Shown piece by piece: positions 1 to 10,169 of a stretch of 64,000 nucleotides of DNA. Position 1 is the stretch's first letter; each line of letters begins with the position of its first letter. The notes beneath the pieces were generated by a model, which saw nothing but the letters and a program-made list of their open reading frames with translations, searched no databases and was not told the DNA's origin. The translations under genes were made by a program, and so were the position numbers. The stretch is taken from IMG/VR virus record IMGVR_UViG_3300032116_000017; one strand, 5' to 3'. The DNA is from an uncultured virus (IMG/VR IMGVR_UViG_3300032116_000017) (taxonomy: Duplodnaviria > Heunggongvirae > Uroviricota > Caudoviricetes).

Positions 1-241
1 TGGGGCATCTGGTGCTGTTTTTTCAGTTTTAACAGTTTTTACTATTCTTACTATTAGAAATGAAAATTTCAAACATTCAATTCATTTAAAAATAAAATCA
101 TTTTTTTATATTTTTTTTATCTTAATTGAACTTTATAATGCTGTTTCATTTCCAAATGATAATATTGGTCACTGGTCTCATATATTTGGTGTTATATTTG
201 GTACAATTTTCTACATACATCATAAAAAAAGTCTCTCTTAA
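1..241 (+). CDS. Rhomboid-family intramembrane serine protease, 3' part (5'-truncated by window)
   Basis: Manual translation from nt 2: GASGAV (catalytic Ser motif) ... hydrophobic helices ... IGHWSHIFG (catalytic His motif); TAA at 239-241; absent from ORF track. Confidence 0.8.
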   Translation, partial: GASGAVFSVLTVFTILTIRNENFKHSIHLKIKSFFYIFFILIELYNAVSFPNDNIGHWSHIFGVIFGTIFYIHHKKSLS

Positions 242-255
242 AAAAGAGAGACTTT
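228..255. terminator. Bidirectional intrinsic terminator
   Basis: AAAGTCTCTCT/AGAGAGACTTT inverted repeat with A/T flanks between convergent genes. Confidence 0.7.
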
Positions 256-390
256 AAAAAATACTATTAAGGGTGTTAAGTATTTTTTACCATGGTCTAA
301 CTAAACTGTAACCAATCATCGTAAAAGCTAAAGTGGTTATTATTATCAGACTGATTAATATTAAATCGATTTTTATATTTTTTTGCATTT

Positions 391-1953
391 TTATTGAATT
401 ATTATTTTTATAGTTTTATTTTGATTTATTAAGTAATACTGACCCGGAGTACTGATACTAACAATTATATCATTTGATCTAATTTCTGTAACTAAACTTC
501 CGACACTATCAAATATTTTTGAATCTGATGGTAAATTTGCTATATTAAAAATGCCATTGTTAGGATTCGGATATACACTAAATTCAGAGTCACTTAAAGT
601 ATTAAAATGATTACCGTTATTACCCTGTCCATTGCCATTATTAGAATTAGAATTATTATTGATTACTCCGTTTTGACTTCCTAATTGTGAATTGTCATAC
701 CCTGGATTAGAAGGATCGAATCCGTCGCTATTTCCGTGTCCATTATTATTGTCATTATCTATAACCAAAGTCATTTCATAAGCAATTCTTACTGCTTCTG
801 CTGAGTTTAATCTACCAGAACCCAACTTTCCTAAATATTGTGGATTTATTGAATAAATATCCACAGCTGTTATTCTAAGAATAGAATCAATTTCTGAATT
901 TGTAATATTTGGATTCACTGATAACATAAGAGCAATTGTACCAGATACATAAGGAGCAGCAAAAGAGGTTCCGGATGAATATGAATACCAACCCGGTGCA
1001 GCACTTAGTGGAACATTGTAACCAGGTGCGCAAATATCCACAGTTGAATTATGTTGATGTGTTGATCCATTTTGAGAAATATGACTATCATTTTGACCAA
1101 CACTAGTAACTGAAAAAACGTGGTTGTAAGCGGCTGGATAAACTAAGTTATCAGGTCCACCACAAGTTGAGCCATTGCCAGCAGATGCTACTATAAATGT
1201 TCCGTTATTCCATACTTCGTCTATTGCTAATTGAGCGTAATAGTTATATGTGCAACCAGAAGCCCAACTCAGATTTATTACTTTATAACCATTATAAGAT
1301 GCTTTTAACATATCATTATAATTCATTCTAAAAAGACCAAGTGAAGAATTATATCCAATTGAACTTATTCCTGTTGAGTTATTAGTATTCCCAGCAGCTG
1401 TAATTGCAACAGCTGTTCCGTGTGTTTTTGTAGATGTATTTGTAACATCATAGTATTTTACTTTTCCTACTAATTCTTCGTGATTTTGATAGAAGTTTTG
1501 GTCTGAAATAGCTATTCTAACAGATGTATCACCGGTAGTATAAGACCAGGCGCCTTCGGCATTTATTAAACTAAGTGCCCAGTTATTAGAGAAAGAAGAT
1601 GTGTAATCGTTAGGAAGTTCTAAAGTCTCAAATTTAGGAGCGATTTCAACCTTAGAGACTACAGTCGATTTGTTTGTAAGATTTTGTAATAATTCTACTT
1701 CATTACAGTTACAATCTATTTGATAAACATTTTGTAATTTTTGATTTTTAGAGTCAGGAAATACTTTTTGAACATTTGTAATTTGGTATGTTTCTAAAAC
1801 AGAGTTTAATTCTTGATTTTGAGAATACAATTTATCACCTCTCATTTGTGGTACATTTTGGGACTCATTAATTGTCATCCAAACTGAATTTTGAGCCATT
1901 AAGTTTACACTTACTATTAAGATTGATGTGATAAGTAGAATTAATTTTTTCAT
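391..1953 (-). CDS. Secreted S8 subtilisin-like serine protease with T9SS (type A) C-terminal sorting domain
   Basis: Signal peptide; catalytic motifs ISD, THGT, GTSFAAP; Asn/Gly-rich linker; C-terminal VYPNP...G.Y...KIII CTD pattern. Confidence 0.9.
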   Translation of the reverse strand: MKKLILLITSILIVSVNLMAQNSVWMTINESQNVPQMRGDKLYSQNQELNSVLETYQITNVQKVFPDSKNQKLQNVYQIDCNCNEVELLQNLTNKSTVVSKVEIAPKFETLELPNDYTSSFSNNWALSLINAEGAWSYTTGDTSVRIAISDQNFYQNHEELVGKVKYYDVTNTSTKTHGTAVAITAAGNTNNSTGISSIGYNSSLGLFRMNYNDMLKASYNGYKVINLSWASGCTYNYYAQLAIDEVWNNGTFIVASAGNGSTCGGPDNLVYPAAYNHVFSVTSVGQNDSHISQNGSTHQHNSTVDICAPGYNVPLSAAPGWYSYSSGTSFAAPYVSGTIALMLSVNPNITNSEIDSILRITAVDIYSINPQYLGKLGSGRLNSAEAVRIAYEMTLVIDNDNNNGHGNSDGFDPSNPGYDNSQLGSQNGVINNNSNSNNGNGQGNNGNHFNTLSDSEFSVYPNPNNGIFNIANLPSDSKIFDSVGSLVTEIRSNDIIVSISTPGQYYLINQNKTIKIIIQ

Positions 1954-2213
1954 AACATTTTTTGTTTTTTTGTTTTATAATTTATATAGTTAGATACTAC
2001 TGAAAAAGACACTGATTTTGACAGTTCCGAATGTAATTTACACATTCACTTATAGTAAGACATACATATAGATACTTACTAATATAAGTAATACTACTTA
2101 GTTAAATTTTTTTGATCATTGGATATACTAAAATGCTCAAATCATTAGGTTTTACTGAATCTTTGTATTAAATATAAATATATACTATAGGGATTAAAAA
2201 TTATTTTTCAATT

Positions 2214-4373
2214 ATGATAAAGTTTTATTTATTTTTATTATCAACCATTTTATTGGTCACAAATTCGTTATCACAAATAAATGAGGGTTTTGAGAGTGGT
2301 CTACCCGCTAGCTATACAACTACGACATCTTATACACTAAGTTCCGGAACTTGGACTGGTCAAGCAAGTGGTGTTATTGGAAACACAACTGCAACTTGGA
2401 TTAAAAGTGGCACTAGATCCTGCCAGCTTAGGTCACAGGTTGGATCACAGATAACCACTCCGACTATTACTCAAACAGTTGGCACAGTAACGTTTTGGGC
2501 ATCAAGAACATCAGGTAGTGGAAGTTCTTTACAAGTAAATTACTCTACAGATGGTGGGACTACTTGGGTAGCTGCTACCGGATCACCCTTTAGTCTAAAC
2601 ACAACAGTAAGTCAATACACAGCTACTGTAAATACGACGAGTGTGAATGTCAAATTACAGTTTTATAGAACAGCAGGAACCGTTAATATAGACGATGTTG
2701 TTATTAATAAAAATAATAATTCCGTATGTTCAACAGTAACAACACTTTCTTTACCATCAACCGTTGGATCAACGACGACTACAGGAACACAGACAACTTG
2801 TGGAAAAGTAAATGATTTTCCGGCTGGTTCTTTTGGATCCTCACTTTACGGTGATGGTCAAGATGCTGTTTGGCAAATTGATGTTCCGGTTAGTGGAGGT
2901 AATTATAAATTCGATATAGGAGGTGCTGGAACTTATAAAATATTATCTTTACACTCTTCTTGTTCCCCAACAAGTGGAAACGCTTTAAATTGGATCACAA
3001 CTTCATCAGGAACAACTGGTAATTTCTCACAAAATCTTACAACGGGAACATACTATCTATGGGTAGATACGTGGCCATCTCCTGATTGTGGTCAGTACTC
3101 CATAACCATTACAAGATTAGCAAATCCACCAGCTCCAAGTTGTATTTCATCACCGACATCTCCAACTAACGGTCAAACAGATGTCAGTACAGCCCCAACG
3201 TTATCATGGCCAACCGCATCTAACGCTACAAGTTATGATGTATATTTTGGGTCTACTTTACCGATCACACCAACGATTAACGTTACTACAACATCTTATA
3301 CTCCAAGTTCATTATCAATCACTACAACATATTATTGGAAAATAGTACCTAAAAATTCTTCGGGTGAGCCTACAGGGTGTTCAACATGGTCTTTTACTAC
3401 TTTAACACCAATTACTAATGACGACCCTTCAGGATCAACAACTTTAATTGTTAATGATCCTTTAGGTTATAAAACTTTTACGAATGTTGGATCATCAAAT
3501 ACGACAACAGAATCTTCACCTACATGTGCATCATATAATGGTGAGGATGTTTGGTTTAAGGTAGTTGTACCGAATGGGATAACAACGCTTGATTTTGATA
3601 CTCAAACAGGTGGTATAACTGATGGTGGTATGTCTATTTACAGAGGAACTATTGGTTCTTTAACTCAAATTGAATGTGATGATGATGATGCATTAGATGG
3701 TCTAATGTCTTGGATATATCGAGAAGATTTTACTCCCGGTGAAACAATTTATATCAGATTTTGGGAATATGGTGGTGGTACAGGAACATTTAAGATTTAT
3801 GTTAGTACTCCTCAAGCACTACCAGTTGAACTAATTAGTTTTAATGCAACTTGTTCCGATGAAGGTATATTAATTAACTGGAAAACCGCTTCTGAACATA
3901 ATAGTTCCCACTTTACACTTGAGAAGTCAAGAGATGGCGAAGATTGGTCTCAAATTTATACCGAACAAGCAGCTGGTAATAGCAATCAAATTATTACTTA
4001 TAGTTTCACAGATAAAAACACTATTAACGGTATTAATTACTATAGATTGAACCAATATGATATAGATGGTGTTTATGAACAATACGGACCTATTTCTGCA
4101 AATTGTTTAGAAAAAACAAAAGGATATTTTTCTACTTTTCCGAATCCAAGTTTTTCAACATTTAATATTACTGTCAATAATGAAAGTATTATCGGTGAAT
4201 CTATTATAGAAATAGTAGATGATATTGGTAGAAAAATAACAAATAAAAATGTCACTGTAAGTCCTGGAATAAACCTTTTCAACTTAAATATAGATATCGA
4301 ACCAGGTATTTATTACATAAACATTCATAATGATTATTTTTCTACCGATGTAATAAAACAAATTATAAGGTAA
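2214..4373 (+). CDS. Secreted Thr/Ser-rich multi-domain protein (FN3-like modules) with T9SS type A CTD
   Basis: Signal peptide; LPVEL..F...W.TASE.NS.HF..EKS.DG module typical of Bacteroidota secreted proteins; FPNP...GIY CTD. Confidence 0.85.
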   Translation: MIKFYLFLLSTILLVTNSLSQINEGFESGLPASYTTTTSYTLSSGTWTGQASGVIGNTTATWIKSGTRSCQLRSQVGSQITTPTITQTVGTVTFWASRTSGSGSSLQVNYSTDGGTTWVAATGSPFSLNTTVSQYTATVNTTSVNVKLQFYRTAGTVNIDDVVINKNNNSVCSTVTTLSLPSTVGSTTTTGTQTTCGKVNDFPAGSFGSSLYGDGQDAVWQIDVPVSGGNYKFDIGGAGTYKILSLHSSCSPTSGNALNWITTSSGTTGNFSQNLTTGTYYLWVDTWPSPDCGQYSITITRLANPPAPSCISSPTSPTNGQTDVSTAPTLSWPTASNATSYDVYFGSTLPITPTINVTTTSYTPSSLSITTTYYWKIVPKNSSGEPTGCSTWSFTTLTPITNDDPSGSTTLIVNDPLGYKTFTNVGSSNTTTESSPTCASYNGEDVWFKVVVPNGITTLDFDTQTGGITDGGMSIYRGTIGSLTQIECDDDDALDGLMSWIYREDFTPGETIYIRFWEYGGGTGTFKIYVSTPQALPVELISFNATCSDEGILINWKTASEHNSSHFTLEKSRDGEDWSQIYTEQAAGNSNQIITYSFTDKNTINGINYYRLNQYDIDGVYEQYGPISANCLEKTKGYFSTFPNPSFSTFNITVNNESIIGESIIEIVDDIGRKITNKNVTVSPGINLFNLNIDIEPGIYYINIHNDYFSTDVIKQIIR

Positions 4374-4375
4374 TT

Positions 4376-4410
4376 AAAAAAACGAGTTATTTAAATAACT
4401 CGTTTTTTTT
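4376..4410. terminator. Palindromic intrinsic terminator
   Basis: AAAACGAGTTATTT/AAATAACTCGTTTT perfect inverted repeat followed by T-run. Confidence 0.75.
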
Positions 4411-4486
4411 GCTCATTAGTCTGTATATAATGCTCAATTTGTATTTTTTATAGCTAAACTTGATTGACTAAATTGATATATAGGGT

Positions 4487-6385
4487 ATGAGAATTATATT
4501 TAAACATAATTTATTATTTCTATTTTGTTTATTGACAAACTTTTTACTTGCACAACCAGCAAATGATAATTGTTCTGGTGCTCAAAATTTAGGAAATTTA
4601 CCAACACCTGCATCTTGCCCAAGTGGTATTGGAACATCAGTAAATGTCACAGGAACCACAGTTGGAGCAACACCTACAAATCCATATAACTACCTTTTAG
4701 GTTGTCAAACTGGTGGAAATCAACCAGCACCAGCTAATGACGTTTGGTATAGATTTGTCGCAACCGGAAATCAAGTAAATATAAATATAACAGCAGGATC
4801 TCCGGTATTAGCAAATCCAGCAATAACACTTTGGACAGGAACTTGCGGTAATCTAACCGGAGTTGGATGTGATAATAATGGAACAAATGCTGGTGCTAAT
4901 TCTGCAATTTTTGAGCCTTTAACATCTGGTCAAACTTATTATATTCAAGTATCTGGCTCTACATCAACGGCTACTGGTAACTTTAACCTTTCTGTAAATT
5001 CACAAAATGATTGTTCAGATTGTCTTCAAGGTTCTTATATAACTGCTACTCCTGCTCCAACAAATGGAACTTATCCACCAAATACTCAAGTGACTTTTTG
5101 TTATACAATCACTTCTTTTAATCAGGTAAGTGCAAACTGGATACATGGAGTGATACCTTCTTTTGGTGCTGGTTGGAATCCAACAACTTTACAATCAGTG
5201 AGTGCTCCAAATGCTTCCGCGGGATATGTTTGGACTTGGACTAATGGACCACTGGGTTTAGGTTGGTATGTTGATTATGATCCAGTAGGACCAACCGGTC
5301 CAGATGGAAATGTCACTAATAACTATGGAACTTCTAATATAAATGGAACGGGAACTTGGACTTTTTGTTGGAGAATTACAACTGATCCAAATTGCACCGG
5401 TGGAACTGACCTTTCGGTAGATGTCAATACAACGTCTGATGGGGAGACCGGTAACTGGACTTCTGTTGCTTGTCAAGACGACCCAGTTTATCAATTTTCA
5501 TCCACATTAATATGTTGCACAAATCCAACTGTAACATTATCCAATCAAACTATTTGTCAGGGTCAAAGCGTGACTCTAACTCCTACGGTTAGTCCTGGTG
5601 GTGGAACTTACTCTTGGTCATCTGGTCAAATAACTTCTTCTATTACGGTTACACCTTCAACAACTACATCCTATACCGTTACATATGCGACCGGTTCTTG
5701 TTTTTCAACTGCGACTGCTACGGTAACTGTTAATACACAAACTACACCAACATTTACACAATTAGGACCTTTCTGTTCAGGAACTTCATTTACCTTACCA
5801 ACAACATCAAATAATGGAATCACCGGTTCTTGGTCACCTGCTATTAACAATACATCAACAACAACTTATACATTCACTCCAACTGCTGGTCAATGTGCTT
5901 CAACTGCAACAATGACAGTTACAATAAATCCACAAACAGTTCCAACATTTACGCAAGTAGGACCTTTTTGTTCTGGAACTTCATTTACTTTACCAACAAC
6001 ATCAAATAATGGAATAACAGGAACTTGGTCTCCTGTAATCAATAATACCTCAACAACAACTTATACATTTACACCAACTGTCGGTCAATGTGCTCAATCA
6101 ACTACGATTACAATAACAATAAGCCCTCAAGTTACTGCTACTGTCACCGGAACAAATCCAACTTGCGACAACGCCTGTGATGGAACAGCAACTACCACAC
6201 CACTTACCGGAACTCCCCCTTACACTTATGTATGGACTCCTTCTGGTGGTACACAAACCATCACAAATTTATGTGAAGGAACTTATAATGTAACTATCAC
6301 TGACTCTTTTGGATGTCAAACAACAGGAAGTGTAACCCTAACAGACCCGGTTGCACCAGTGTTGGGTCCAATTAGTCATGACTAA
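4487..6385 (+). CDS. Secreted adhesin-like protein with Ig-like/SprB-like repeats
   Basis: Signal peptide; QPANDNC start; Cys/Thr-rich repeats; SprB-like GTPPYTYVW...[13 protein letters not shown] unit; ends PVLGPISHD. Confidence 0.75.
   Translation: MRIIFKHNLLFLFCLLTNFLLAQPANDNCSGAQNLGNLPTPASCPSGIGTSVNVTGTTVGATPTNPYNYLLGCQTGGNQPAPANDVWYRFVATGNQVNINITAGSPVLANPAITLWTGTCGNLTGVGCDNNGTNAGANSAIFEPLTSGQTYYIQVSGSTSTATGNFNLSVNSQNDCSDCLQGSYITATPAPTNGTYPPNTQVTFCYTITSFNQVSANWIHGVIPSFGAGWNPTTLQSVSAPNASAGYVWTWTNGPLGLGWYVDYDPVGPTGPDGNVTNNYGTSNINGTGTWTFCWRITTDPNCTGGTDLSVDVNTTSDGETGNWTSVACQDDPVYQFSSTLICCTNPTVTLSNQTICQGQSVTLTPTVSPGGGTYSWSSGQITSSITVTPSTTTSYTVTYATGSCFSTATATVTVNTQTTPTFTQLGPFCSGTSFTLPTTSNNGITGSWSPAINNTSTTTYTFTPTAGQCASTATMTVTINPQTVPTFTQVGPFCSGTSFTLPTTSNNGITGTWSPVINNTSTTTYTFTPTVGQCAQSTTITITISPQVTATVTGTNPTCDNACDGTATTTPLTGTPPYTYVWTPSGGTQTITNLCEGTYNVTITDSFGCQTTGSVTLTDPVAPVLGPISHD
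5747..6136 (+). repeat. Tandem 195-nt (65-aa) intragenic duplication
   Basis: PTFTQ(L/V)[21 protein letters not shown](S/T)WSP(A/V)[14 protein letters not shown](A/V)GQCA occurs twice, starting at 5747 and 5942. Confidence 0.9.
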
Positions 6386-6402
6386 AAATAAAAAAAAGAA
6401 AA

Positions 6403-6990
6403 ATGAAAAAACTATTAACTTCTCTAGTTGTTTTGTTTGTGAGTGTTGTTTCCTACTCTCAAACTTTTACAACTACTCAACCAGACACGGTGTGTTTTGG
6501 TTCGACAACTCCTTCAACTTATCAAGTTGCTAACATTGGTTCAGGAACTTATACTTGGACCATTCCTGCTTGCGCATCTATTGTATCTGGGCAAGGAACA
6601 AATCAAATTCAAGTCAATTGGTCTAACTGTCCAGCTGGTTTAATTCCTAATGCTGTTTCTGTTACATATGCATCTCCAGCTCCAGCTAACTGTCCCGCTC
6701 TTCCAGTTGATATGGATGTTTTAATTTATCAAGTTGTACCGACAATCACAGCTTTAGGTCCATTTTGTGAATCTGATCCTTGTGTGACTTTAGTTGGAAC
6801 TCCAGCGGGTGGAACATGGACTGGATTAGGTGTTTCAGGAAACCAATTCTGTCCTGATAACGTAGCTAATGGAACTAACGCTACATCAACAGTTACTTAT
6901 ACACTTACAAATGGTGGATGTACATTTACTACATCGGTAGTTGTTCCGGTTTATGGAACTCCTACACTTTCACCTATACAACACGATTAA
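6403..6990 (+). CDS. Secreted PKD-like/Ig-like protein
   Basis: Signal peptide; YTW...IVSGQGTNQIQVNW PKD-like motif; ends PTLSPIQHD. Confidence 0.75.
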   Translation: MKKLLTSLVVLFVSVVSYSQTFTTTQPDTVCFGSTTPSTYQVANIGSGTYTWTIPACASIVSGQGTNQIQVNWSNCPAGLIPNAVSVTYASPAPANCPALPVDMDVLIYQVVPTITALGPFCESDPCVTLVGTPAGGTWTGLGVSGNQFCPDNVANGTNATSTVTYTLTNGGCTFTTSVVVPVYGTPTLSPIQHD

Positions 6991-7007
6991 AAATAATATA
7001 AAGTAAA

Positions 7008-7574
7008 ATGTTGAGATTATTAAGTTTCATATTTATAATGATGTGTTTTGGTTTGTTTTCACAACAAACTTTACAAATATGCCCTGGTGAAAGCGAGACA
7101 GTTACTTATTGGACTGAAACTACAACACCGGGAGAGATAGTGTGGTCTGTAAATGGAACATCTTATTATAGTGATCAACTTGTTATGAACTGGACACAAC
7201 CTGGAACTTATAATATATCAGTCACTCAAACAAATGGAATTTGTGAAGATAGTAAATACTTTACAGTTATTATAAGTTCTTGTGATGATTTAATTTATTA
7301 TGTTCCTAATTCATTCACACCGGATGATGATAATTTTAACAACATATTTCAACCTGTATTCACAGAAGGATTTGATCCATTTGATTTTCATTTAACTATA
7401 TTTGATAGATGGGGTGAGATTATATTTGAGTCATATGATGCCTCAAAAGGATGGAATGGATATTATGGAAACAAAAAGTGTCAAGATGGGGTATATACCT
7501 GGAAAATCGAATTTGGAAGACCTGGTATAGATGATAGAGAAGTTATAGTAGGACACGTAGTTTTAATAAGATAA
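7008..7574 (+). CDS. Secreted protein with gliding-motility-associated (T9SS type B / CHU_C) C-terminal domain
   Basis: YVPNSFTPDDDNFNNIF...IFDRWGEIIFES...GWNG...DGVYTW...GHVVLIR. Confidence 0.9.
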   Translation: MLRLLSFIFIMMCFGLFSQQTLQICPGESETVTYWTETTTPGEIVWSVNGTSYYSDQLVMNWTQPGTYNISVTQTNGICEDSKYFTVIISSCDDLIYYVPNSFTPDDDNFNNIFQPVFTEGFDPFDFHLTIFDRWGEIIFESYDASKGWNGYYGNKKCQDGVYTWKIEFGRPGIDDREVIVGHVVLIR

Positions 7575-7603
7575 AAAAATCCATCAGAAATGATGGATTT
7601 TTT
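7575..7603 (+). terminator. Intrinsic terminator
   Basis: AAAATCCATCA-GAAA-TGATGGATTTT hairpin plus T-run. Confidence 0.75.
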
Positions 7604-7614
7604 GTTTTTATCCT

Positions 7615-7622
7615 TATATTTG
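7615..7622 (+). promoter_or_regulatory. Bacteroidota-type -7 promoter element (TAnnTTTG)
   Basis: TATATTTG 4 nt before ATG 7627. Confidence 0.65.
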
Positions 7623-7626
7623 CATT

Positions 7627-7992
7627 ATGGATAAGTCGAGAATTAATGATATGGTTGATAGAAAAATAATACAGTCTTTTCAAGAAGGATTTTCTATTGG
7701 TTCTATTCAATCAGATCTTAAAGTCAGAATAAGAAATTTCACTAACACTATTGGAAAGGATAGTAGTGTGAATTATATGCAGTTATATGATACTAAATTT
7801 GAAGATATTCCAAACATTCGTCATAGATATGGTATAACCTACATAAAACAGTGTCAAAAAAGATTACAGGATTTAGATTGGATTATTGAGAAGAAATCAA
7901 AATTTAGTAATATGACTTATTCTAAGGTATTTAAATTAATTCAGTTTAGAGAAAAACTCGAATCTACTGCAAAAATTTATCCATTCAAATAG
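7627..7992 (+). CDS. Hypothetical protein
   Basis: ORF directly after TATATTTG element. Confidence 0.7.
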   Translation: MDKSRINDMVDRKIIQSFQEGFSIGSIQSDLKVRIRNFTNTIGKDSSVNYMQLYDTKFEDIPNIRHRYGITYIKQCQKRLQDLDWIIEKKSKFSNMTYSKVFKLIQFREKLESTAKIYPFK

Positions 7993-8023
7993 TTTGTAAA
8001 TTTTAATATTTTCCTTATATTTG
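7993..8023 (+). promoter_or_regulatory. Bacteroidota-type promoter (-33 TTTG / -7 TATATTTG)
   Basis: TTTG 7993-7996, 19-nt spacer, TATATTTG 8016-8023, ATG 4 nt later. Confidence 0.75.
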
Positions 8024-8027
8024 TTGT

Positions 8028-8249
8028 ATGAAAATCAATAAAGGAAACCTCTGGACAATTCTTGAAAAATATGACTCAAAAGACTACGATGGTCTTTGTA
8101 ATGGTCTTTCTCGTATAATTCAAGGTAAATCTACTTCTGGTGATCTGCTTGATGTTTTCACTTACATGGAAAAAATTCAAAAAGAAGATAGAGACATTAT
8201 CGAAAACGAAATCGGAAACGATATCACGAATGTACTTTTCTGTATCTAA
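8028..8249 (+). CDS. Hypothetical protein
   Basis: ORF with dedicated promoter. Confidence 0.7.
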   Translation: MKINKGNLWTILEKYDSKDYDGLCNGLSRIIQGKSTSGDLLDVFTYMEKIQKEDRDIIENEIGNDITNVLFCI

Positions 8250-8323
8250 TTTTCATGTAACATCATGATGATATAACTATATTATATGTTATGGTTTTTT
8301 AAAGTTTAATGATAGTGGATTTT

Positions 8324-9064
8324 TTATAGTCTAATCCATTCTTTAAACCTCAATAAAGATTCTTTTAATGTTTCTACAAAATCAAAATCAATCAAGAATT
8401 GACCGAACTCTTCAACATATTTTTCTTTTGACTCATCGTTGGGGTTTTTTAGAAACTGCCAATTAAATGATAATTGAGTAGGTGTTTTAAATCCAAAGAA
8501 ACTAAGAACTTCTTTTTCTAATTTGACAGCTTCTGAACCATTCCAGTTATGACCAACTGCAATTACTCCGGCTTCTTTATTTTTAAGTAGATTACTTTCA
8601 CCAAGTGTTGTGTGTCTGTTTTCAAGCCAAGTCAATCTTTCAATAAGTGATGTATAAATAGCATTCATTTTACCCCATCTTATTGATCCAAAAAAGATAA
8701 CTATATCAGCGTCAAAAATAGCATTTGCTACTTTATACATTTCATCTGATTTGTTGTTAAGTGATGCCCAACATCTTATATGACCTGTTGGATTCTTTTC
8801 TTTATCTTTAAGAATGGCATCTTTTAATCCACAAGTATTTCCTCTTTTAGTTGAAACATTACCTTCACAAGAAAATATTTTAAGCTTTGCAACATTTATT
8901 ATTTGACATCTATCGCTTCCTAATTTTTTCATAATCTCCTCAGCAATGATAGAAGACTTCGGAAGCTCTTTATCACCAGACCATCTATTCGATGTGGTTA
9001 AGAAAAGAATTTTCTTTTTGTTATTCTTCTTTAGATAATTGTAAAGTCTTTTTAACTCGGTCAT
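8324..9064 (-). CDS. Flavodoxin-like / NAD(P)H-dependent FMN reductase family protein
   Basis: ILFLTTSNR, C-EGNVS...C, ADIVIFFGSIRWG, LIERL pattern of iron-sulfur flavoprotein-like proteins; TAATATATA 4 nt upstream. Confidence 0.7.
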   Translation of the reverse strand: MTELKRLYNYLKKNNKKKILFLTTSNRWSGDKELPKSSIIAEEIMKKLGSDRCQIINVAKLKIFSCEGNVSTKRGNTCGLKDAILKDKEKNPTGHIRCWASLNNKSDEMYKVANAIFDADIVIFFGSIRWGKMNAIYTSLIERLTWLENRHTTLGESNLLKNKEAGVIAVGHNWNGSEAVKLEKEVLSFFGFKTPTQLSFNWQFLKNPNDESKEKYVEEFGQFLIDFDFVETLKESLLRFKEWIRL

Positions 9065-9131
9065 GTTTTATATATTAAAAGTTTTGAATACAATTTTTTA
9101 TTAAATATAAAATTACTTAAAAGTCTTTGAT

Positions 9132-9160
9132 AAAAAAAAGGACTCTAAGTCCTTTTTTTT
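9132..9160. terminator. Intrinsic terminator
   Basis: AAAAGGACT-CTA-AGTCCTTTT hairpin with A/T runs. Confidence 0.65.
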
Positions 9161-10109
9161 ATCCGTGTCTTAACGTCTCTATACCAGGAAACTTAGCTTT
9201 TAAATCTTCACTAACAGTTTCAGTAATTACTGATGGAGGAAGTGTATTTCTTTGAAACTTCCAATGTAGTGCTTCCCAATCTTTAATTTCTTGGTCTAAT
9301 TTCATTAAAGATGATTCTTCTAAATTAACTTCTTCTATTTTTATTTGAATAATTTTTTCAGCTTCTTCTACATCAGATTCTCTTTGTAAAAGTTCTTCTT
9401 CTTTTCTTTTCAACTCTTTTGAAAGTACTTCTAAATCTTTTTCTTTTTCAGTGACTAATCTCAAATCTTTGTCAATTTTTGTTTGAAGATCGGCATATTT
9501 AACATCTAAATCTTTTGCTGATTCTAAAATACTTCTATCAAAGTTTCTTTCCTTTTCATTAAGGTCTTGAATTTTATCTTCTAAATCAATTTGTTTTTCA
9601 GTAAGGTCTCTAGATCTTTGTCTTAACTCATCTTCTTTTTTATCAAGCGATTTGAGCTCCAGTTTATGATCTTCTTCTCTTTTTTCAACTCTCTTTAAAC
9701 GAATATCAATCTCTTCTTCTTTATCTTTAATTCTTCTTTCTCTATTGTTTAGGTCAATTTCTTTCCATTCAACTTCTCTTATTTTACTCTCATCAATATT
9801 AGAAACTGGTCCAGAATTATGTTGAATTGAAGAAAGTACCATTTCTTCAATAAAGGGAATTAGTTTTTTATGAAATTGAGAAGGAGTTGGAAACTTTTGA
9901 GCTTTCATGTGAGTCAGTAACTCGCTTTTCCAGTCAATGACTTCAAAAAATTCTGGATTATTATCAATGATATCTTTATCAATTGGTATTATCTCTGATT
10001 TAACAGTGTAGTTATACTCTTGTAAGATAGTTCCAACTTTAAGTATAAAGATTTTTTTATCAGGGCTTAAATACTGAAACTCCTTAATAACCTTATGCTT
10101 AATTTTCAT
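9159..10109 (-). CDS. Long coiled-coil protein
   Basis: Extended E/K/R-rich heptad region in the C-terminal two thirds. Confidence 0.7.
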   Translation of the reverse strand: MKIKHKVIKEFQYLSPDKKIFILKVGTILQEYNYTVKSEIIPIDKDIIDNNPEFFEVIDWKSELLTHMKAQKFPTPSQFHKKLIPFIEEMVLSSIQHNSGPVSNIDESKIREVEWKEIDLNNRERRIKDKEEEIDIRLKRVEKREEDHKLELKSLDKKEDELRQRSRDLTEKQIDLEDKIQDLNEKERNFDRSILESAKDLDVKYADLQTKIDKDLRLVTEKEKDLEVLSKELKRKEEELLQRESDVEEAEKIIQIKIEEVNLEESSLMKLDQEIKDWEALHWKFQRNTLPPSVITETVSEDLKAKFPGIETLRHG

Positions 10110-10169
10110 TTTAAAAAATATATTTTAAGTTATATATAAAAAACCAGTTTTTTAGTTTATATTTGTGAA

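Noticed and set aside
620..760. Asn/Gly-rich repeat-like DNA as a separate element
   Set aside because: It encodes a low-complexity linker (NNNGHGN..DPSNPG) inside the subtilase.
5747..6136. 195-nt duplication as a DGR template/variable repeat pair
   Set aside because: Both copies are in-frame tandem domains with mostly synonymous, not adenine-specific, differences; no RT nearby.
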